Source of the DNA: a virus
Lineage: Duplodnaviria; Caudoviricetes
Strand: one strand, 5' to 3'
Virus record (IMG/VR): IMGVR_UViG_3300021089_000280
Span: 1 to 24,207 of that record
DNA length: 24,207 bases
Position numbers and translations under genes: made by a program. Shown in pieces: positions 17,589 through 24,207 of this stretch. The notes under the pieces are model-generated. The model saw only the letters and a program-made list of their open reading frames with translations, was not told where the DNA came from and made no database searches. Position 1 is the stretch's first letter. Each line of letters opens with the position of its first letter.

Positions 17589-18683
17589 TTAAGCCGACGC
17601 CTCGCCTTGTGCGGCTTTAATATACTTGCCAAAACGTTCATGGAACTCATCAAAACATTCAACTTCATCTGGATCGATTGGAAGTTGATATTGTGTAAGA
17701 GCTAATTTGATACCCATGACAACCAATTCAGTATCAAAGTTGTCCATTGAGAACCTTAAGAAATTATTAACTTTGTCGTCAAATTTCTTATCGTTCTTAT
17801 CACAAGCTTCTTTAAGCTCGTAGCATAAAGAGACTGTCAAGGAATACATGGCACTGATTTCTTTAGTCTCCAGCTTCTTAACTTTACCAGATAAAATATC
17901 TGTTGGGTTAGGAAGTTCTGCGGCTACTTTTCTGTGAGCCATGAATTTTACAGCAAGTCCTTCGCCGACTGCACCACTAACTAAATCTGTAGTGGTATTC
18001 TCGTCGTCATCGTCTTCCAAAAGTTCGGAAACGAACGACCAAGAACGGGGTGTAGCAAATGAACGACTAGCGGATTTTGGATCAAAATCGTATAAGTCCT
18101 TCTTGCTAAATGTCAAATAACCAACAACATCTTGGTGTTGATCATTCTTTACTGCCCACTCAAACCAATCATCAAAATCAACTTTGATTTCTAAGTGAAC
18201 AAATCTGTTTGCCAACGGAGCAGGCATTCTATAAGTAACGCCTTTATCAGCTTCTCTGTTACCTGCGGCAACAATCAAAACGTTGTCTGGAAGTGTATAA
18301 GTACCAACTCTACGGTTAAGTATTAATTGGTATGCCGCGGCTTGTACTGCCGGTGCGGCCGAATTCATTTCATCCAAAAACACAATAATATACTTGTGCT
18401 TCTTCGCCATTTTGGCATCTGGTAGTTCGCTTGGGGGTGCCCAAACCATCGTACCTTGCTTTGAATCGAAATAAGGAATACCTTTAATATCGGTAGGTTC
18501 CCATAAGCTCAAACGTATATCAATAACGTGAGCTTCCATGCTGTCGCCAATTTGACGAACTATGTCTGATTTTCCAATGCCTGGGGGACCCCAGATAAAG
18601 ATTGGACGTTTCTTTTTAAATGCTCGGACAATACTTGCCTTTGCACTATTTGGACTAACTTGTCTTACTGCTAGATTTTCCAT
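17589..18683 (-). CDS. MoxR-type AAA+ ATPase
   Basis: Walker A GPPGIGKS, Walker B VFLDEMN, sensor AAGN, arginine finger LANRF, TPRSW; AGGAG RBS; adjacent to the vWA gene. Confidence 0.9.
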   Translation of the reverse strand: MENLAVRQVSPNSAKASIVRAFKKKRPIFIWGPPGIGKSDIVRQIGDSMEAHVIDIRLSLWEPTDIKGIPYFDSKQGTMVWAPPSELPDAKMAKKHKYIIVFLDEMNSAAPAVQAAAYQLILNRRVGTYTLPDNVLIVAAGNREADKGVTYRMPAPLANRFVHLEIKVDFDDWFEWAVKNDQHQDVVGYLTFSKKDLYDFDPKSASRSFATPRSWSFVSELLEDDDDENTTTDLVSGAVGEGLAVKFMAHRKVAAELPNPTDILSGKVKKLETKEISAMYSLTVSLCYELKEACDKNDKKFDDKVNNFLRFSMDNFDTELVVMGIKLALTQYQLPIDPDEVECFDEFHERFGKYIKAAQGEASA

Positions 18684-18735
18684 TGTATTTGTACTCCTTT
18701 GCCTTTGTTATGTTCAGTGCCTTATTATGTATACT

Positions 18736-18764
18736 ATTATAGCACCAGTAACCAAAAAGGTCAA
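18736..18764 (-). promoter_or_regulatory. Sigma70 promoter TTGACC-N17-TATAAT with extended -10 (TGc)
   Basis: -35 at 18759-18764 and -10 at 18736-18741, upstream of the AAA+ gene. Confidence 0.8.
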
Positions 18765-18805
18765 GTGAAATATGCGGTTTTTCTGCAAAAAATAACCTAG
18801 TAAAA

Positions 18806-19201
18806 TCAAGGGTTTATAGAATCATTTGTCCGTTTTAGAGCTTTATTAAGTCCATATTTTCGGACATCTCCTGAAAAGAGGTGTAATTCGAGTGCTTTTT
18901 TTTCATTTAAAACAGAAACACTTCTATTAGTAAGATAATATGGACAGTCTATAAACTTATCCAAAAAAATTACAATTTGGGTAGTTACTTTAAAGTTGTC
19001 TGGAAATGGAACTTCGTAATTTGCTAGTTCTAATGTTTCAGTAGTAAAGGCAAAACCATCTTCGGTTAATCGTAAACCTCCGGTTTTCTTTGCTCTAGTA
19101 TTCTGCCACCACTTGGGCATATACTCTTTGAGTGTACTTTCGTTAATTGATATGCCGGCTTGTTTTAAGAATACCTTGGTATAGGTTTCTTTTAAATTCA
19201 T
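18806..19201 (-). CDS. Hypothetical protein
   Basis: 131 aa; ATGA overlap with the upstream gene. Confidence 0.75.
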   Translation of the reverse strand: MNLKETYTKVFLKQAGISINESTLKEYMPKWWQNTRAKKTGGLRLTEDGFAFTTETLELANYEVPFPDNFKVTTQIVIFLDKFIDCPYYLTNRSVSVLNEKKALELHLFSGDVRKYGLNKALKRTNDSINP

Positions 19202-19488
19202 TTTTCCGTAACTGTCTCACCTGCTGTTAATTTTACAACTGTAAAGTCTGTACAATTAAAAAGGTCGTTAAGTTTCTTTGCGAGGTTGTGTGCATGACCA
19301 GGATTACTAAAGCTAACCTTTTTATATTTTGGTCCTGGATAGTTTGTTAGTACGTTTGATGATTTTAAATTAAAAGGTTTATTTTGATAGAAGACAGCCC
19401 ATATGGCTTCAGCCTTCAGAACCTGTTCCGAACGGTACGATTTTTTATTAACGTTCTCTAATATAATTTCTGGTTTTGGTCTACTCAT
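19198..19488 (-). CDS. Hypothetical protein
   Basis: 96 aa; AGGA RBS; ATAAATA motif upstream. Confidence 0.75.
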   Translation of the reverse strand: MSRPKPEIILENVNKKSYRSEQVLKAEAIWAVFYQNKPFNLKSSNVLTNYPGPKYKKVSFSNPGHAHNLAKKLNDLFNCTDFTVVKLTAGETVTEK

Positions 19489-19513
19489 AGTTTGTTCCTG
19501 TTAAACATACTAC

Positions 19514-19585
19514 TATTTATCTCAATATAGCAGTTATGTACGCAGTTTACTCTAAGAGTAGAGTGTAGTTATAGAGGGGTATTTA
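19514..19585 (-). promoter_or_regulatory. Intergenic regulatory region: two TAAATA motifs flanking three AACTRC repeats
   Basis: ATAAATA at 19514-19520, TAAATA at 19580-19585; AACTGC/AACTAC at 19530-19535, 19542-19547 and 19565-19570. Confidence 0.45.
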
Positions 19586-19590
19586 GATGG

Positions 19591-19833
19591 TTATTTCCAC
19601 TTCGAACCACCGTCCATGGAAATATTAACAACTTCTTCTACTTTGTTAGATTGATCTACCAACTTTTCAAGATCACCGTGTAATCTAGACATTACACTAC
19701 CTAAGGTAAAAGCAAGATTTTTTGCATCTTTGATTTCTATTGCCACTTCTTTTTTCTTTGCATTTTCGGCAATTTTAACTTTATCAATAAATTGTTCTAA
19801 AGGAATAGTGTTTAATGGTTTAACGGTTTGCAC
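19591..19833 (-). CDS. Hypothetical protein
   Basis: 80 aa; GTG start with AGGAG RBS; overlaps the upstream gene. Confidence 0.7.
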   Translation of the reverse strand: MQTVKPLNTIPLEQFIDKVKIAENAKKKEVAIEIKDAKNLAFTLGSVMSRLHGDLEKLVDQSNKVEEVVNISMDGGSKWK

Positions 19834-20323
19834 GGCTTAACTCCTGACGCATTTCTAATTCATCTTTAAATGGTCCTTTGTGTTCATATTTTTCTAAAGT
19901 AACTAATTTTGGACAAAAACTTTTAACCCATCCCTTGTCAAAATGAATTATAAAATAACCAGCACAATATAGACTTTTAGATTTTTTACTTTTTGTAAAT
20001 AATGCAAATTTCCTTTTAAGGTCATAAACAGCATTATACGGTACAGAACTAGTTGCTAGATTATAAATCACTTTGTCTACAGTTTTATTTGCATCACTTA
20101 TACTAGCAGTCCATAGTATTTCACCACCTATACCTTTTTTAAGATCTTGAATACAGTTATAATATTCAGTTCTTGATTCAGTACTTTTGCGTTGTTTTGA
20201 ACAACAATACATATAATGATTGTTTTCATCCTTAGATAATGTTCCAAGTTTCTTTGAAGTAGTTACATCTTCAATTATCCAGAATTTGTTTTTTAGTATT
20301 TCTTTTGCTTTTACATCTGTCAT
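19820..20323 (-). CDS. Hypothetical protein
   Basis: 167 aa; ATGA overlap with the rnh stop. Confidence 0.75.
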   Translation of the reverse strand: MTDVKAKEILKNKFWIIEDVTTSKKLGTLSKDENNHYMYCCSKQRKSTESRTEYYNCIQDLKKGIGGEILWTASISDANKTVDKVIYNLATSSVPYNAVYDLKRKFALFTKSKKSKSLYCAGYFIIHFDKGWVKSFCPKLVTLEKYEHKGPFKDELEMRQELSRANR

Positions 20324-21306
20324 AATACAGGATACCTCGCTTGTAATGGTTCAGCATAAGCCTGAGCATTATCTGTGATTCTTTGCATATCATATAATGC
20401 ACAGAATTTCATCAATCTCAAACCTACTTGTGGAATATTTTTAGGTTGTGCGTTTTCAACAACCGTAGTTTTAATTTTTTCTTTAATATATTCAGGTTGT
20501 GCAGTTAAGTCACATAGTTCTACATTTCGATTATAATCATCTAATACCCTATGTTCTTTGCCTTCATGATCTACCCAACGTTGCAACATTAAATTATTCC
20601 AACTGTAACCTTTTGTTTGCATATCATTAAATGCCTCTTCCAAGCCTACTTTGTTTCTTGTGCCTTTACTTCTAACACCAGGGTATGCAGAAAATACATT
20701 ATCACTTGTATCTCCACGAACACACTTTTGAAAAAGTGCCCAGTCTGGGTTTGGTGCTAATTTATCTTTGCCTGTCTTTTTGTCAACAACTCGTTTTCCT
20801 TTATCGTCAAAATAACCTTCGTGTGTAATAGTTATATTTGACACACCGTTATATTGACAAACTGTTGGTGAAATTAATTGTGTAAAATCACCATCTGTTG
20901 ATATAATTGCGTGTTCATCATTTGGATGATGCTGGATCCAGCCTGCAATTAAATCATCAGCTTCTAATTCTGCGTGTTGTAATACAGTACAATTTGTCTT
21001 AGTTGTTATAAACTCTCTAAAGTTATCGAATGTCTCCCAAAAGACTTTTTCTTCTTCTTGTTGTGCTTCTGTTAGAGCATCACGTGCCGCTTGTCTATTT
21101 CTTTTATATGGTTCATAAACATCTTTACGCCAACTACGGCCTTCTAAACAAAATACAATATGATCTGCATCAAAGTCATTCCATGCTTTCTTTAAGCTAT
21201 TAAAAGTAATATGAAAAGCCATACCTACCTTCATATCAAGTTCGCCACGCACTACATGACGAGCTCTAAAGAACGTATTTGCTGTATCAACTAGAACGTA
21301 TTTCAT
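20320..21306 (-). CDS. rnh: 5'-3' exonuclease / T4 RNase H-like flap nuclease
   Basis: LVD..N, WRK..Y..YK.NR, EADD, ISTDGDF.QL and GDTSDNV...PGV are the FEN/T4 RNase H acidic motifs. Confidence 0.88.
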   Translation of the reverse strand: MKYVLVDTANTFFRARHVVRGELDMKVGMAFHITFNSLKKAWNDFDADHIVFCLEGRSWRKDVYEPYKRNRQAARDALTEAQQEEEKVFWETFDNFREFITTKTNCTVLQHAELEADDLIAGWIQHHPNDEHAIISTDGDFTQLISPTVCQYNGVSNITITHEGYFDDKGKRVVDKKTGKDKLAPNPDWALFQKCVRGDTSDNVFSAYPGVRSKGTRNKVGLEEAFNDMQTKGYSWNNLMLQRWVDHEGKEHRVLDDYNRNVELCDLTAQPEYIKEKIKTTVVENAQPKNIPQVGLRLMKFCALYDMQRITDNAQAYAEPLQARYPVL

Positions 21307-21973
21307 CTGCTATATCCTTGTTCATAAAGGTTACTGTTTTTAACGGTGTCGGAGTACCGTGTTCTTGAATCCATAAATCAAATGCAATACTTAATCTTGT
21401 ACTATCTTCGGTATATTCGTCGGTACGATGTTGAATATATCCTGGAAAGAAAGTTAATTGTCCTTTTTTATTTTGAACGTGCATTTCTATATCAGGTTCA
21501 TAAGGAAATTTATAAAATGTTTTAGTGTTATAATTTCCTAAATGTATATTGCCACTAAGATATGTTATTGGGGAAGCACCATGACTATGAGTGTCTATTT
21601 TTTCACCTTTACGCATAATATTATACCAACATACTATTTGTAGATCTTCTATTGGTGTTTCGTCTTGTTCAACAAATTCTATATATGATTTTTGTATAAA
21701 CTTTTTAAGCTCATTAATTTTTGGTTCTTCTTTTCCTAAATCAAAAAGATTATAAGAACCAAATCTTGCTGTTACAGAATAGTCACCTAATCCTGTACCC
21801 CCATCATTGCTAGGTTTTTGTTGTAAAATATCACGTTCTTTTTCTAATAGAAAAGATGTTACTGCATCAACCCCAGCTTCGTCTTTCCAGATTGTGACAC
21901 CAAAAGGTACGTTCCAAGATGGTGCATAGCTGTTTAACGGTTTTGAACTTTCCATTTTTTCTATTTGAATCAC
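21287..21973 (-). CDS. Putative 2OG-Fe(II) oxygenase
   Basis: WYNIMRKGEKIDTHSH...LSGNIH...FFPGYIQHRT...RLSIAFD (HxH...H...RxS). Confidence 0.8.
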   Translation of the reverse strand: MIQIEKMESSKPLNSYAPSWNVPFGVTIWKDEAGVDAVTSFLLEKERDILQQKPSNDGGTGLGDYSVTARFGSYNLFDLGKEEPKINELKKFIQKSYIEFVEQDETPIEDLQIVCWYNIMRKGEKIDTHSHGASPITYLSGNIHLGNYNTKTFYKFPYEPDIEMHVQNKKGQLTFFPGYIQHRTDEYTEDSTRLSIAFDLWIQEHGTPTPLKTVTFMNKDIADEIRSS

Positions 21974-22338
21974 GATATTTCAGACTTTCCTTTATCTGAA
22001 ACAGGACCAACATTAATGTACCCTGCTCCTCTTGAAGGATCTAGTCCTTGTTCTTTTAAGATATTTCGTGCAACGTCTTTAAACCAACCGTCAACTATTT
22101 GCTCGTTAGTTTCGCCTTTATAACCAGCATCTAATAATTGTTCAATAAATTCGTTGTTCCAATCGAGTTCAAAGAACCCGTTCTTAATATCTTTTGGATT
22201 AACGTGAGTATCTAAAACTCCTACCCAGGGTTTTCTAGCTTTCTGGGCCGCCTTCTTTTCAGCCATTAACAATTCGAGTCTAGTTTTTTGTTTAGGATCT
22301 GTTTCTTTTTTAAATAAGTTCTTTAATTTATCTAACAT
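21970..22338 (-). CDS. Hypothetical protein
   Basis: 122 aa; AGGA RBS; GTGA overlap with the next gene. Confidence 0.75.
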   Translation of the reverse strand: MLDKLKNLFKKETDPKQKTRLELLMAEKKAAQKARKPWVGVLDTHVNPKDIKNGFFELDWNNEFIEQLLDAGYKGETNEQIVDGWFKDVARNILKEQGLDPSRGAGYINVGPVSDKGKSEIS

Positions 22339-22398
22339 AATTATATTCCTGATTGTCTAATTTTTTCAATATCAATATCTTGTTGTGGTAATACATCT

Positions 22399-23265
22399 TT
22401 AAGTTCCCCATGAATTTCCGAAGATGTCGACGTGTAGTCTTGGGGTATATCTCCATCCTCGACCCATTGCAAGTTTGGCGACTGTTTTTGCGTTTTCTTG
22501 GTATTCTTCGTAACACCCACCCACGGCCATACAGTAAACTGGACACTCAACTCCGGCAGATTTGTACTCGTCCACAGCTTTAGTAACTTCGTCCACATCC
22601 ACTTCGTCAGCCACGACAAACTTAAGATACAAGTGAGTCCCAGGGACAGTAAAATATGAACTAGCAACTTCAGGCTTGATAGCATCACTCCATAACTCGC
22701 CACTGACAGTAAGTTTCGGAGAGCACGACCAAGTAGTATGAAATCTTGCTTTAGTTGAGATGTAGTCTCTGAAATCATCTCTAAGCTCTTGTGTAGTGTT
22801 TGTTTCAAACGTAACATTTTTTAAATCTCCCATTTTTGGATGCTCAAATAATTCTGTATACATCCTTTGCCAACCGAGCAACGGTTCGCCCCCTGTTATT
22901 ACAAGGTGAATATCTTGCCCATTATTGCAAGTCCATTTGCCGTCCGGTGTTAGAGAAAGTAATTCATCAACTAGATCATCTAGTTGGTAATCCGTAGTAA
23001 ACTTCTTAAATCTAGGATCCCAAGACGCATAACTGTCACAACCTTTATGCACCAAAGGTAAATCTTTCAATACTTTATACTTATCCGGGTTTTCCTGGTG
23101 GTCTTTAGCAATTAGATCATAGTCATTTGCCAATTCGCCTCTAGGCATACCGAATCCTTGGCATTTAAAATTACAACCAAACATACGTAAAAATACCGAA
23201 GGTACCCCAACAAATCTACCTTCTCCTTGCACACTATAGAATGCTTCACATACTCTAGCCTTCAT
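22399..23265 (-). CDS. queE: 7-carboxy-7-deazaguanine synthase (radical SAM)
   Basis: E.FYSVQGEG..G.PSVFLR..GCN..C...CDS, VITGGEP, FETN, SPK, LKFVV, RLH; co-located with folE. Confidence 0.88.
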   Translation of the reverse strand: MKARVCEAFYSVQGEGRFVGVPSVFLRMFGCNFKCQGFGMPRGELANDYDLIAKDHQENPDKYKVLKDLPLVHKGCDSYASWDPRFKKFTTDYQLDDLVDELLSLTPDGKWTCNNGQDIHLVITGGEPLLGWQRMYTELFEHPKMGDLKNVTFETNTTQELRDDFRDYISTKARFHTTWSCSPKLTVSGELWSDAIKPEVASSYFTVPGTHLYLKFVVADEVDVDEVTKAVDEYKSAGVECPVYCMAVGGCYEEYQENAKTVAKLAMGRGWRYTPRLHVDIFGNSWGT

Positions 23266-23413
23266 ATATCTTCTCCCTTATAACAGCCTTATCGTAGCCT
23301 AATCTGGACATCTCGTCCAAAAACTTTTCTTCTGTCCAAGCACCATACTCAAACATTTGTATTGCTTTATTCACTTTACGATTCCAAAACTCTCTGACAT
23401 TAGCTACACTCAT
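23255..23413 (-). CDS. Small hypothetical protein (52 aa, absent from the ORF track)
   Basis: Hand translation: MSVANVREFWNRKVNKAIQMFEYGAWTEEKFLDEMSRLGYDKAVIREKIYEG*. ATGA overlap with the folE stop and 11-nt overlap with the queE start. Confidence 0.7.
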   Translation of the reverse strand: MSVANVREFWNRKVNKAIQMFEYGAWTEEKFLDEMSRLGYDKAVIREKIYEG

Positions 23414-24090
23414 TTTCCGTGACCTTTCATGCTTAAACAGATGTCATAAAATTCTTGTTTTAGTGCTGGGTCTTCACTAAATGCACCTAGCATAATTGCA
23501 GTAGTCATATCTGATTCGTGTTCTTTTACACCACGTTGTGTCATACAATGGTGTTCTGCTTTAACTACTACCGCTACGTGTTTTGTCTTTGCATATAACG
23601 AAAGTTCGTTTGCAATTTCTGTAGTCATTTCTTCTTGTATTTGTGGACGTTCTGCAATATGATGTACTAGTCTATTAAACTTACTAAGACCAATAACTTC
23701 TTCTTCAGGTATAATGCCAACCCAAGCATTACCTACAATATTTTGGAAGTGATGGGCACAAGTGGACCTAATACTTATTGGTCCACTCGTATACAAAGAT
23801 TTGTAACCCATATTGGGAAAACTTGTCACCGCAGGACGCGGATTAAACCGACCTCCGAAGATTTCGCGAACATACATTTTTGCAACACGTTTTGCTGTAT
23901 TGCGAGTATTATGATCGTTCTCAGTATCTATTACAAGTGCTTCAAGAACTTTTTGAAACGCTTCTTGAACTTCCGTTTCAAGTTGTTCTTTTTCGTACTC
24001 ATAAATGTGTTTACTGATATTATCATTCGCATGAAATCTTATGCCTGCGTCTATCAGTCTTTGTCGAATTTGTGTACTTACTTTTCCCAA
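23410..24090 (-). CDS. folE: GTP cyclohydrolase I
   Basis: TA.RVAKM, S.CAHH, GLSKF.R, RPQIQE, A.H.CM..RGV Zn/GTP motifs; TTG start with GGAG 7 nt upstream. Confidence 0.93.
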   Translation of the reverse strand: MGKVSTQIRQRLIDAGIRFHANDNISKHIYEYEKEQLETEVQEAFQKVLEALVIDTENDHNTRNTAKRVAKMYVREIFGGRFNPRPAVTSFPNMGYKSLYTSGPISIRSTCAHHFQNIVGNAWVGIIPEEEVIGLSKFNRLVHHIAERPQIQEEMTTEIANELSLYAKTKHVAVVVKAEHHCMTQRGVKEHESDMTTAIMLGAFSEDPALKQEFYDICLSMKGHGK

Positions 24091-24137
24091 TTTATTTCTC
24101 CGATGTTAAGGCAGTGGATTGCCATAATTCATATACT

Positions 24138-24166
24138 ATAATACAGTATATTTAGGTTGTTGTCAA
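24138..24166 (-). promoter_or_regulatory. Sigma70 promoter TTGACA-N17-TATTAT for the folE-queE operon
   Basis: -35 at 24161-24166 and -10 at 24138-24143; TAAATA in the spacer (24149-24154). Confidence 0.75.
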
Positions 24167-24171
24167 GCATT

Positions 24172-24207
24172 TTAGAAATGTTTGTTAGCCATTTCAAGCA
24201 TATCATT
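24172..24207 (-). CDS. Possible 3' end of an upstream gene running off the window
   Basis: Open frame NDMLEMANKHF* ending just before the folE promoter; too short to identify. Confidence 0.35.
   Translation of the reverse strand, partial: NDMLEMANKHF

Noticed and set aside
17589-18683. Calling the AAA+ ATPase cobS, ravA or a clamp loader
   Set aside because: Motifs support only a generic MoxR-type ATPase; orthology cannot be established by eye.
14244-24141. Plus-strand ORFs at 14244, 14336, 14922, 15126, 15142, 15980, 17326, 18562 and 23743
   Set aside because: Antisense shadows of a continuous minus-strand gene array, with no recognisable motifs.
1-24207. Stop-codon reassignment or selenocysteine readthrough
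   Set aside because: Genes are full length in the standard code, and several TGA stops fall in ATGA/GTGA overlaps that start the next gene.
1-24207. tRNA, rRNA, CRISPR array, intron, intein or transposase
   Set aside because: Intergenic gaps are short (at most about 120 bp), with no cloverleaf or regularly spaced repeats recognised, and no ORF shows mobile-element motifs.

Overview
AT-rich, gene-dense 24.2 kb segment that most likely comes from a large tailed dsDNA phage (T4-like/jumbo myovirus type; inferred from a T4 RNase H-like 5'-3' exonuclease, a tail-fibre-like gene, and repeated (A)TAAATA late-promoter-like motifs alongside consensus sigma70 promoters). Left half (1-12982): a cluster of 16 tightly coupled ORFs, mostly enzymes, in three blocks (+, -, +). 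It holds six radical SAM proteins of two architectures, a class I methyltransferase, a divergent QueC-like PP-loop ATPase, three Fe(II)/2OG-type oxygenases, a PLP enzyme, two degenerate kinase-fold paralogues and a possible GNAT. It resembles an undescribed biosynthetic/modification pathway and abuts a tail-fibre-like gene (12974-14332). Right half (all minus strand): hypothetical proteins, a MoxR-type AAA+ ATPase with a metallopeptidase-vWA partner, rnh, a fourth 2OG oxygenase, and folE/queE of 7-deazaguanine (preQ0) synthesis, with a candidate structured RNA leader on folE. No tRNA, rRNA, CRISPR array or mobile element was recognised. All family calls rest on motif reading and recalled family knowledge, not database searches.
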